Below are positions 26,911-34,411 of a stretch of 57,243 bases of DNA, in pieces. Within the stretch, counting starts at the first letter, position 1. Every line of letters begins with the position of its first letter. This stretch comes from an uncultured Candidatus Sumerlaeota bacterium. Its GTDB lineage: Bacteria; Sumerlaeota; Sumerlaeia; UBA8349. The DNA lies in assembly GCA_964462565.1 (NCBI GenBank), contig CAYWYC010000003.1, forward strand, positions 1-57,243, in the 5' to 3' direction. Made by a program: the position numbers and the translations under genes. Under the pieces are notes generated by a model. The model was not told where the DNA came from. It searched no databases and saw only the letters and a program-made list of their open reading frames with translations.

Positions 26911-27903
26911 ATGCCTGTATCCAGCGATATTGAAGCACTCAACCAGCGCGTGGAGCAAGAATCGCAATTTGTCGGACTTCTCAAGAGTGAGATCCATAAG
27001 GCCGTGATCGGCCAGGATCGTATTGTGGAGCGGCTCCTGATCGGGCTTTTGTGCGACGGCCATGTCCTGCTCGAAGGTGTGCCCGGTCTGGCCAAGACGC
27101 TTCTGGTCAAAACCATGTCGTCGGCCATCCAGGCTTCTTACCACCGCCTGCAATTCACCCCCGACCTGCTTCCGGCCGACCTGATCGGAACGCTGATCTA
27201 CCAACAGCAGCAGGGCAACTTTGCCGTAAAGAAAGGCCCCATCTTCGCCAACCTGATCCTGGCCGACGAAATCAACCGCGCTCCCGCCAAGGTCCAGAGC
27301 GCCTTGCTCGAGGCCATGCAGGAGCACCAGGTTACCATCGGCGAACGCAGCTACCCGCTGCCCGAGCCGTTCCTGGTCCTGGCTACGCAAAACCCCATCG
27401 AACAGGAAGGCACCTATCCCCTGCCCGAGGCCCAGGTGGACCGCTTCATGATCAAGGTTAAGGTGGACTATCCCTCCAAGGTGGAAGAACGCGATATTCT
27501 GGATGCCATTGCCGGAAAGGCCGCGCCTCAGATCAATCCGGTGGTTGATCCCGACACCATCATGCGCGCCCGAGACACGGTGAACCAGATATACATGGAT
27601 GAGAAGATCAAGAATTACATCGTGGACCTGGTTTTTGCCAGCCGCAATCCGGCGGAGTACAAGATCCCGGCTCAGGGCCTGATCGAATTTGGCGCGTCTC
27701 CCCGCGCGACGATTTTTCTGGCCCAGGCGGCGCGGGCGTTGGCCTTTCTGCGGCATCGCGGCCATGTGATTCCCGATGATGTGAAGACCGTGGGAGCCGA
27801 TATCCTGCGGCACCGCATCATCCTCTCATACGAAGCCGAAGCCGAAGAAAAAACACCCGAAGACTTGATCCAGATGATTTTCGATCATGTGCCGGTGCCT
27901 TAA
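26911..27903 (+). CDS. moxR: MoxR-family AAA+ ATPase
   Basis: GGAGG 8 nt upstream of the ATG at 26911. Walker A GVPGLAKT, Walker B LADEINRA, and QNPIEQEGTYPLPEAQVDRF. Confidence 0.9.
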   Translation: MPVSSDIEALNQRVEQESQFVGLLKSEIHKAVIGQDRIVERLLIGLLCDGHVLLEGVPGLAKTLLVKTMSSAIQASYHRLQFTPDLLPADLIGTLIYQQQQGNFAVKKGPIFANLILADEINRAPAKVQSALLEAMQEHQVTIGERSYPLPEPFLVLATQNPIEQEGTYPLPEAQVDRFMIKVKVDYPSKVEERDILDAIAGKAAPQINPVVDPDTIMRARDTVNQIYMDEKIKNYIVDLVFASRNPAEYKIPAQGLIEFGASPRATIFLAQAARALAFLRHRGHVIPDDVKTVGADILRHRIILSYEAEAEEKTPEDLIQMIFDHVPVP

Positions 27904-27947
27904 AGGATTTTGAAAAGATGTTTTCGAAAGTATTTATGTTTAGCGCC

Positions 27948-28149
27948 ATTCTCAAAAGTTTGTCGTGTTAAGGCATGATCGGATATGTGGCATTTATCCA
28001 CAGATTGCGCAGATGCACGCAGATAAAAAAGCGCCGAAGGCGCGTCCGATAATAGCCTGGGGTTTCAACCCCAGGAAATCGAAATACCCAAGAAAGAGAG
28101 GGCTGAAGGCCCGATCCAAATTCGCAGCAACAAAACGACTTTTGAGAAT
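27948..28149. repeat. MITE-like / structured insert bounded by a perfect 12-bp inverted repeat in the moxR-DUF58 spacer
   Basis: attctcaaaagt (27948-27959) pairs with acttttgagaat (28138-28149). The interior holds consecutive small hairpins: tgtgg/ccaca, gcgcc-gaa-ggcgc, cctgggg-tttcaa-ccccagg, gggc-tgaag-gccc. Confidence 0.6.
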
Positions 28150-28179
28150 AACTTTAGACCGACATATTTGAGTTTAACA

Positions 28180-29094
28180 ATGCCTGAAACCGCGACAGCC
28201 CAGAGAACCATTGATTCCGAACAGATGCGCGAAATTCTGCGTAAGGTGCGACGTATTGAAATCCGCTCGCGGCGCGCCGTGCAGGATGTGATGGCCGGTG
28301 AATACCATTCCGTCTTCAAGGGCCGCGGCATGGAGTTTGACGAAGTTCGCGAATACGAGGCGGGCGACGAGATTCGCGATATTGACTGGAACGTCACCGC
28401 GCGCACGGGCAAGCCCTTTATCAAGCGTTATGTGGAAGAACGGGAGCAGACGGTTTTCTTTGTCGTGGATGTGTCGGCTTCTTCCGTCTTCGGCACACAT
28501 AATCGCATGAAGGGTGAAATCGCCGCCGAGATTTGCTCCGTGCTCGCTTTTTCGGCTATCGAGAACAACGACCGCGTGGGACTGCTTTGTTTCAGTGACC
28601 GCATCGAAGAGCTGATCCCGCCCAAGAAAGGCCGCAAACATGTGCTTCGCGTGGTGCGGGAGTTGCTCTTCGCCAAACCAAAAGGCTCTGGCACGAATCT
28701 GAAGCTCGCCATGGACACGCTGAATCAGGTGCTCAAGCGGCGGTCGATTGTCTTTCTCGTCTCCGATTTTTTCATGGACGACATTCGAAAGCCCCTGCTG
28801 GTCAGCAAACAACGACACGACCTTGTCGCGATTCGCCTGAAAGATCCCCGCGAGGAAGTCTTACCTGCAGCCGGAATCATCGAACTGCGCGATGCTGAGA
28901 CAGGCGAGACCATGCTGGTCGATACGAGCAGTCGCGCCGTGCGCGAGACATTCGAGAAAGAAAATCGCCGTCGTCAGGAAGAACAGCAAAAACTTTTTCG
29001 AAAACTGGGGCTCGATAATCTGGAGGTACGCACGGACCGGGATTATCTGGAGCCGCTGGTACAATTTTTCAAACGACGGGCCAAGCGCTATTAA
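28180..29094 (+). CDS. DUF58 domain-containing protein (MoxR partner)
   Basis: VREYEAGDEIRDIDWNVTARTGKPFIKRYVEEREQTVFFVVDVSAS. I prefer the ATG at 28180 over the track's TTG at 28168. Confidence 0.85.
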   Translation: MPETATAQRTIDSEQMREILRKVRRIEIRSRRAVQDVMAGEYHSVFKGRGMEFDEVREYEAGDEIRDIDWNVTARTGKPFIKRYVEEREQTVFFVVDVSASSVFGTHNRMKGEIAAEICSVLAFSAIENNDRVGLLCFSDRIEELIPPKKGRKHVLRVVRELLFAKPKGSGTNLKLAMDTLNQVLKRRSIVFLVSDFFMDDIRKPLLVSKQRHDLVAIRLKDPREEVLPAAGIIELRDAETGETMLVDTSSRAVRETFEKENRRRQEEQQKLFRKLGLDNLEVRTDRDYLEPLVQFFKRRAKRY

Positions 29095-29126
29095 CCGGCC
29101 CGAAACTAAGGATAGCCAGGGACGCA

Positions 29127-30164
29127 ATGGGACAGATGGTCAAACAATACTTCTCCGATTTCATTCGCCTCATGATGGTGGTAACGCTTGCGGTGCTGGG
29201 CAGTGCTGCTTCTCTGGCTCAGACCTTGCCGCCGGACGAATCCGAGTCAGGTCCCGTGCGTCTGGAACTGGAAATTGAGCCAGGGGAAATATACCCCGGC
29301 GAAGTCATCAGTGCTGTCCTCACCGTCAAATGGCAGGATGGTGTGGAAATATTGCCTTCCGCGATTCCGCCGAAGGTTGAAGGTCTCGAACTGCTGGAAT
29401 GGGAGGAAAGCCCGGAGCAGGAGGCCCATACAGCCAGCTGGAAACAAAAACAAATCTTCATGAGTCTGAGCGCCTATGAAACAGGCGAGATCACGCTGGA
29501 GCCCATGGTGATTCGTTATATCGATTCCGAAGGCAAAGATGCCACGACTCAAAGTTCTCCCCAAAGCATTCGCGTAAAAAGTTATCTCGAAAATGTGCGC
29601 CTGGACAAAGGCGAAGAAGCCGTTACGCTCCAGAAATTGCGCCCTCCTCTTGAGATTCCCGCCAGCCGCCTCTGGTTGTGGCTCCTGCTCTTTATATTCC
29701 TGCTACTCATTGCGCTGGCGCTGGTTTTGTATTTCATCCTGCCCCGCATGCGTGGGACCATCGCGCCGCGCGTTTTGGAAAAACCGCCCCTGGCTCCCGA
29801 CGAAGAAGCCCTTCACGCCCTGGCCGAACTGGAAACCGATGAGGCCTGGCGAAAGGCGCCCGTGAAGGAATACTATTCCAATCTTTCCGATATCCTGCGC
29901 CGCTATCTGGGCCGGAGCTACGCCTTTGACGCCCTCGAAATGACTTCCTATGAATTGCTGGATCATATCCGAGGCTATGCCTGGCCCGGCGATCTTTATG
30001 AACTTTTGCGGCTCGACTTGCGCGAAAGCGATTCGGTGAAGTTTGCCCAATACGCACCCGCCCATGATCGACGCCAGGCAGCGCTGGAACGGGTACGCTC
30101 TATCGTGATGGCGACGCGACCCGAACGAGAAACAGCACACACCCAACAGGAGGCCACGGCATGA
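29127..30164 (+). CDS. BatD-like N-terminal beta domain + TM + DUF4381-like domain protein
   Basis: Signal peptide. VRLELEIEPGEIYPGEVISAVLTV...ITLEPMVIRY resembles the BatD N-terminus. This is followed by the TM helix LWLWLLLFIFLLLIALALVLYFI and EYYSNLSDILRRYL...SYELLDHI. Confidence 0.65.
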   Translation: MGQMVKQYFSDFIRLMMVVTLAVLGSAASLAQTLPPDESESGPVRLELEIEPGEIYPGEVISAVLTVKWQDGVEILPSAIPPKVEGLELLEWEESPEQEAHTASWKQKQIFMSLSAYETGEITLEPMVIRYIDSEGKDATTQSSPQSIRVKSYLENVRLDKGEEAVTLQKLRPPLEIPASRLWLWLLLFIFLLLIALALVLYFILPRMRGTIAPRVLEKPPLAPDEEALHALAELETDEAWRKAPVKEYYSNLSDILRRYLGRSYAFDALEMTSYELLDHIRGYAWPGDLYELLRLDLRESDSVKFAQYAPAHDRRQAALERVRSIVMATRPERETAHTQQEATA

Positions 30165-31156
30165 GAAGTTTTGAATTCGCGTCGCCTCTTTATCTGTGGC
30201 TGCTGGTGCTGCTGCCTTTTCTGTGTTGGTGGATGCTTCATCGCGGCAGCCGTCCGCAGGCCTCTATCCAATATTCAAACCTGGGGCTTTTCAAAGGAGT
30301 TCGGGGCCGGGGGATGGCCTTCTTCCGGCGCTACCTGCCTTTGCTGCGACTCATTGCATTGGCTTTGCTTATTATCGCGCTGGCGCGTCCGCGTTTTGGA
30401 ACGGTGGAGCGCGATGTGATTCAGGAAGGCGTGGACCTTTTTTACGCCATCGATATTTCGGGCAGCATGCGGGCCGAAGACTTCAGGCCCAACCGCCTGG
30501 CCAAGGCCAAGGAAATCACGGCAGAGTTTTCCGCAAAGCGCGAAACGGATCGACAGGGCATCGTTGTTTTTTCGGGTGAGGCCTTCATGCTGTGTCCCCT
30601 CAGTTTTGACAACCTGACGGTCCAGCGTTTTCTGGAAAGCATCAGCTTTGACGATGTGGGCGTTCAGGGAACCGCCATCGGCCTGGGCATGGCTCGCGCG
30701 CTCAAAAAACTCCAGGACAGCCGCGCCAAGAGCAAGGTGATTATCCTGATGACCGACGGAGCCGAGAACATCAACAAGATTCGTCCCGAAGATTCGATCA
30801 AGGTAGCCAAGGAACTGGGCGTCCGCGTTTATACGATCGGCGTCGGCAGCCGCGGTGTGACAACCATCCCAATCGACACCCCCCGGGGCGTCGTGCGCCA
30901 GCGCTTTCGGGGCGAACTCAACGAAGAACTGCTCGAAAAGATCGCGTCCGAAACGGGCGGCATATATCGTCGCGCCACCAACGCCACGGAACTGCAGAGC
31001 ATCTTTGACGAAATTGACAAACTCGAAAAAACAGAGATTGAGATGAAAGAATATCGGTCCTATGATGAACGTATGGCCGTATTTGTCTGGGCTGGTTTGA
31101 TATTTTTGCTGTGCGAGTTTATGCTGGCTCATACGCGCTTCATCAAAATACCGTAA
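30161..31156 (+). CDS. batA: VWA domain protein BatA
   Basis: ATGA overlap with the upstream gene. N-terminal TM pair, FYAIDISGSM MIDAS motif, C-terminal TM. Confidence 0.85.
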   Translation: MRSFEFASPLYLWLLVLLPFLCWWMLHRGSRPQASIQYSNLGLFKGVRGRGMAFFRRYLPLLRLIALALLIIALARPRFGTVERDVIQEGVDLFYAIDISGSMRAEDFRPNRLAKAKEITAEFSAKRETDRQGIVVFSGEAFMLCPLSFDNLTVQRFLESISFDDVGVQGTAIGLGMARALKKLQDSRAKSKVIILMTDGAENINKIRPEDSIKVAKELGVRVYTIGVGSRGVTTIPIDTPRGVVRQRFRGELNEELLEKIASETGGIYRRATNATELQSIFDEIDKLEKTEIEMKEYRSYDERMAVFVWAGLIFLLCEFMLAHTRFIKIP

Positions 31157-31169
31157 AAAGGAAACCATC

Positions 31170-32345
31170 ATGACGCAAGCACCGATGGAAAAGATCGCAG
31201 GTTGGAACTCCTTCAAACTGGAGAGCGACATCGTCCGCGCGTATATCACGCAAAAGGCGGGGATGCTGGCTCCCGTTTATTTTGACAAGAATAGCGATTC
31301 GCCGATCCAGCCCTATTCCATCTCCCCCTGGTGCGGCCGGGAAGAGCTTGACGCCGACACGCCGCCGATCCTGAAAGTGCTGCGCGGCGATTTTTTCTGC
31401 AGCGCTTTTGGTGAAAATGGTGACGCTTATGAGGGCCGCAACTTACCGGTGCATGGCGAAACGGCGAACAACGATTGGACGCTGACCGGCTATAAGGAAA
31501 CCGACAAGGGCCTTCGTCTCGATATGCAGATGGAACTGAAAGAACAGGGCGGGTCCTGCGCGGGCCATACGGCGCTGGTCCATGGCGAGAATGTGATCTA
31601 TCAGCGCCACGATTGCAGGGGCATGGATCGTCCCTTCAACCCCGGCCATCACGCCACCTTGCAGTTCCCGGATCGTGAGGGCGCGGGTCGTCTCGCCTTC
31701 AGCCCCTTTAAGCACGCTCATACTCTGATTCATCCGGCGGAAGACCCAAGCGCGAAGGGCTACTCCATCCTGAAGCCCGACCAGGAGATCACCGACCTGA
31801 CCCGCGTCTCCCGAATCGACGGGATTACCACTGACCTGACGCAGTATCCCGCCCGACGTGGTTACGAGGACATCGCGATCATCTGCGCCGATCCTTCACT
31901 CGAACTGGCCTGGTCGAGTGTGACATTTGACAAGGGCTACGTGTGGTACAGCCTGCGCGACCCGAAGCACTTCCCCTGCACCCTGCTCTGGATGTCCAAC
32001 GGCGGTCGTCATTACGCGCCCTGGAATGGACGGCACATCAACGTCCTCGGCGTGGAAGACATGACGGGGTTTTTCCACCTGGGCCTGGCTCCATCAGTGC
32101 GGGATAATATCCTGAACGCCCAGGGCATTCAGACATCCATGGAGATCGAAAAGGATGCCGTCGCGAAGCTGCCCTATATCCAGGGCGTCTGCCGTGTGCC
32201 AGAAGGTTTTGATCGGGTGGCGAAAATTGAAGCAATAAGCGATTCCGAAATTCTGCTGCGCTCGGAATCGGGCAAGGAGCAACGCGCGAAATGCCGGGCT
32301 GATTTTATCCGGACAGGCATTTTGCCGGGCATACTCGAAGTCTGA
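31170..32345 (+). CDS. Cytoplasmic protein of unknown function, possibly galactose-mutarotase-like (aldose 1-epimerase superfamily) fold
   Basis: No signal peptide or TM. LRGDFFCSAFGENGDAYEGRNLPVHGETANNDWTL and NPGHHATLQFPD loosely parallel the epimerase-family patterns (GG.P.C.P.FG...P.HG.....W and HPYF). It lies 13 nt after batA and 18 nt before batB. Confidence 0.6.
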   Translation: MTQAPMEKIAGWNSFKLESDIVRAYITQKAGMLAPVYFDKNSDSPIQPYSISPWCGREELDADTPPILKVLRGDFFCSAFGENGDAYEGRNLPVHGETANNDWTLTGYKETDKGLRLDMQMELKEQGGSCAGHTALVHGENVIYQRHDCRGMDRPFNPGHHATLQFPDREGAGRLAFSPFKHAHTLIHPAEDPSAKGYSILKPDQEITDLTRVSRIDGITTDLTQYPARRGYEDIAIICADPSLELAWSSVTFDKGYVWYSLRDPKHFPCTLLWMSNGGRHYAPWNGRHINVLGVEDMTGFFHLGLAPSVRDNILNAQGIQTSMEIEKDAVAKLPYIQGVCRVPEGFDRVAKIEAISDSEILLRSESGKEQRAKCRADFIRTGILPGILEV

Positions 32346-32363
32346 GCGAAGGACAGAGGTATT

Positions 32364-33383
32364 ATGCGTTTTGACAATCCCACACTCCTCTGGTTGATCC
32401 CCGTCGCGGCGATTTTGCTTCTGCTGCTGGGGATGTGGGCGGCATATCGCAAGCGGCAAATGCTTGAGCGCTTCGGCAATCGCGAACTCGTGCAAAAACT
32501 CGCGCGGGGTGTGAGTCGGGCGCGACAACGCTGGAAGTTCGTCCTTTTCTTCATCGCCATTATGCTGGTGGTGCTATCGCTCGCGCGGCCGCAATACGGC
32601 ATTATCGAACGTCCCCTGCGGCGTCGCGGGGTGGAAGTCGTAATCGCCGTCGATTGCTCGCGCAGCATGTTGGGCCAGGACATGAAACCAAACCGGCTCG
32701 AACGCGCGCGGCAACAACTCCGGGGGCTGATCCAGCGCCTCGAAGGCGACAGTGTTTCGATTGTTGTATTCGCGGGAATTGCCCTGGTGCAATGCCCCAT
32801 GACTTCGGACTACAGCATGGCGCTCAATTTGCTCGACGCTATCGAAGTGGGAACCGTCCCGACCCAGGGCACAGACCTGGGCGCCGCGATCCAGAAATCC
32901 ATGGGCGCTTTTCAAAACGCGCGCAAGGGCCGCAAGATAATCGTGCTCCTCACCGATGGTGAAGGCCACGAAGGAAAGGCCCTCGAAGCCGCGGAAGAAG
33001 CGGCCCGGGAAGGCGTCACCATATACACCATTGGCATCGGATCCACCGAAGGCGTTCCCATTCCCCTGCCCGAAGGCGGCTACATGGAAGCAGGCGGCAG
33101 CAAAGTCAGCACGCGCCTGGACTTCGAGACCTTGACCAAGATCGCCTTTGCCACGGGAGGCCAGGCTATCCTGGCAAACCCTTCGGGCGACATGGAACTC
33201 GAAGCGATATATTCCGAGATCAAGGCGCTCGATGACCAGGAACTGCAGACGCGCAAGCTGGTCGTGCACAAGGAGCGCTTTCAGTACTTTCTCGCACCGG
33301 CAGCGCTCTTGCTTGTGCTGGAGATGATCATGAGCGACCGCAGGCGACGCGTCCAGATGGAAGGCGCGGGACGGTTTGATTGA
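32364..33383 (+). CDS. batB: VWA domain protein BatB
   Basis: N-terminal TM pair, VIAVDCSRSM MIDAS motif, C-terminal TM. Confidence 0.85.
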   Translation: MRFDNPTLLWLIPVAAILLLLLGMWAAYRKRQMLERFGNRELVQKLARGVSRARQRWKFVLFFIAIMLVVLSLARPQYGIIERPLRRRGVEVVIAVDCSRSMLGQDMKPNRLERARQQLRGLIQRLEGDSVSIVVFAGIALVQCPMTSDYSMALNLLDAIEVGTVPTQGTDLGAAIQKSMGAFQNARKGRKIIVLLTDGEGHEGKALEAAEEAAREGVTIYTIGIGSTEGVPIPLPEGGYMEAGGSKVSTRLDFETLTKIAFATGGQAILANPSGDMELEAIYSEIKALDDQELQTRKLVVHKERFQYFLAPAALLLVLEMIMSDRRRRVQMEGAGRFD

Positions 33384-34365
33384 GAAAGGGAAAAGAAAAG
33401 TGAACACGCTAGTTTCCAACATTCTCAAGTCTTTCCCGATACTCGGGCTTTTTCTGGCTGGGATGATAGCACCAATCCAGGCGGAATCGGTGCGATCTCT
33501 GAACAAGAAAGGGATTGAGGCTTATCAGATTCAGCAGTACGACAAAGCGGCGCAGCATTTCGATGAAGCCAAACAGAAGTTGGAGGACGAGAACCTGCTC
33601 GTGGAATACAATCGCGGCGTGGCGCGGGCGGCTGATCAGAATTATGATGAAGCCTTGAAAGACCTGAACAAGGTCAGCGCGGCACGTGAGAAGGATATCG
33701 CGTCGCGGGCGCTCTACAGCAAGGGCGTTGTGACTTATAAGCAGGCAAAGGCCCTGCAGCAGGAAGGCGATTTGGAAAAGGCACTGGTCAAGGCGACGGA
33801 AGCCTTTCGCGCGAATCGGGCGGCACTGAAAAATAATCCCGCGGACAATGAGGCGCGCATCAATCTGGAACTGGCGGCTGCCTTGCGCGAGGAATTGCAG
33901 AAAGAGCAACAGAAACAGCAGCAAAAAAATCAGGACCAGAATAAGGACCAGCAAGAAGATAAAGACAAGAATAAGCAGGACCAGAAAGATAATCAGGAAG
34001 ATCAGCAGAAACAGGATCAGAAAAAACAAGACCAGCAGAAGCAGCAAGAGCAAAAAGAAAAAGAAGAGCAGGAAAAGCAGAAGCAAGATCAGGAGAAGCA
34101 GGATCAGGATAAGAAAGATCAGGAAGAACAGCAACAAAACCAGAAACAGGAGCAACAGGATAAGGAAAACGAGAACCAGGATAAATCCGATTCGCAGGAT
34201 CAGCAGCCGCAAGATCAGGAACAAGAGCAGCAAGAGAAGCAGGACATGGAACGTGAAGCCGTACTCAGCATCCTGAACCTTCTCGAAGACAATGATGTGG
34301 AAGCTCTCAAGCGCATGATGCGACAGAGGTCAAAAGGCTACCGGGACCGGGAAAAGGCATGGTAG
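33376..34365 (+). CDS. batC: TPR protein BatC with Q/K/D/E-rich low-complexity region (start TTG 33376 or GTG 33400)
   Basis: Signal-like LVSNILKSFPILGLFLAGMIAPIQAES, TPR-like repeats, then about 115 aa of QKQ/DQE repeats. Confidence 0.75.
   Translation: MIEKGKRKVNTLVSNILKSFPILGLFLAGMIAPIQAESVRSLNKKGIEAYQIQQYDKAAQHFDEAKQKLEDENLLVEYNRGVARAADQNYDEALKDLNKVSAAREKDIASRALYSKGVVTYKQAKALQQEGDLEKALVKATEAFRANRAALKNNPADNEARINLELAAALREELQKEQQKQQQKNQDQNKDQQEDKDKNKQDQKDNQEDQQKQDQKKQDQQKQQEQKEKEEQEKQKQDQEKQDQDKKDQEEQQQNQKQEQQDKENENQDKSDSQDQQPQDQEQEQQEKQDMEREAVLSILNLLEDNDVEALKRMMRQRSKGYRDREKAW
33897..34245 (+). repeat. T-depleted low-complexity coding tract (CAG/AAG/GAT/GAA-rich)
   Basis: Encodes the Q/K/D/E tract of BatC. 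It generates spurious ORFs in other frames (33409..34233 minus, 33848..34276 plus). Confidence 0.8.
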
Positions 34366-34411
34366 AAGCACCTATTGCCATAAAAACAGGAGGACGAAAA
34401 AGACAAAGAAT

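Noticed and set aside
27965-28171. 68-aa ORF in the moxR-DUF58 spacer
   Set aside because: It lies entirely within the hairpin-rich, inverted-repeat-bounded insert. It has no SD and a junk-like peptide, so it is better explained as a non-coding element.
33409-34276. Two ORFs over the BatC low-complexity tract: 33409..34233 (minus, L/F/I-rich) and 33848..34276 (plus, R/K/S-rich)
   Set aside because: They are frame artefacts of the T-depleted CAG/AAG/GAT repeat and have homopolymer-like composition.
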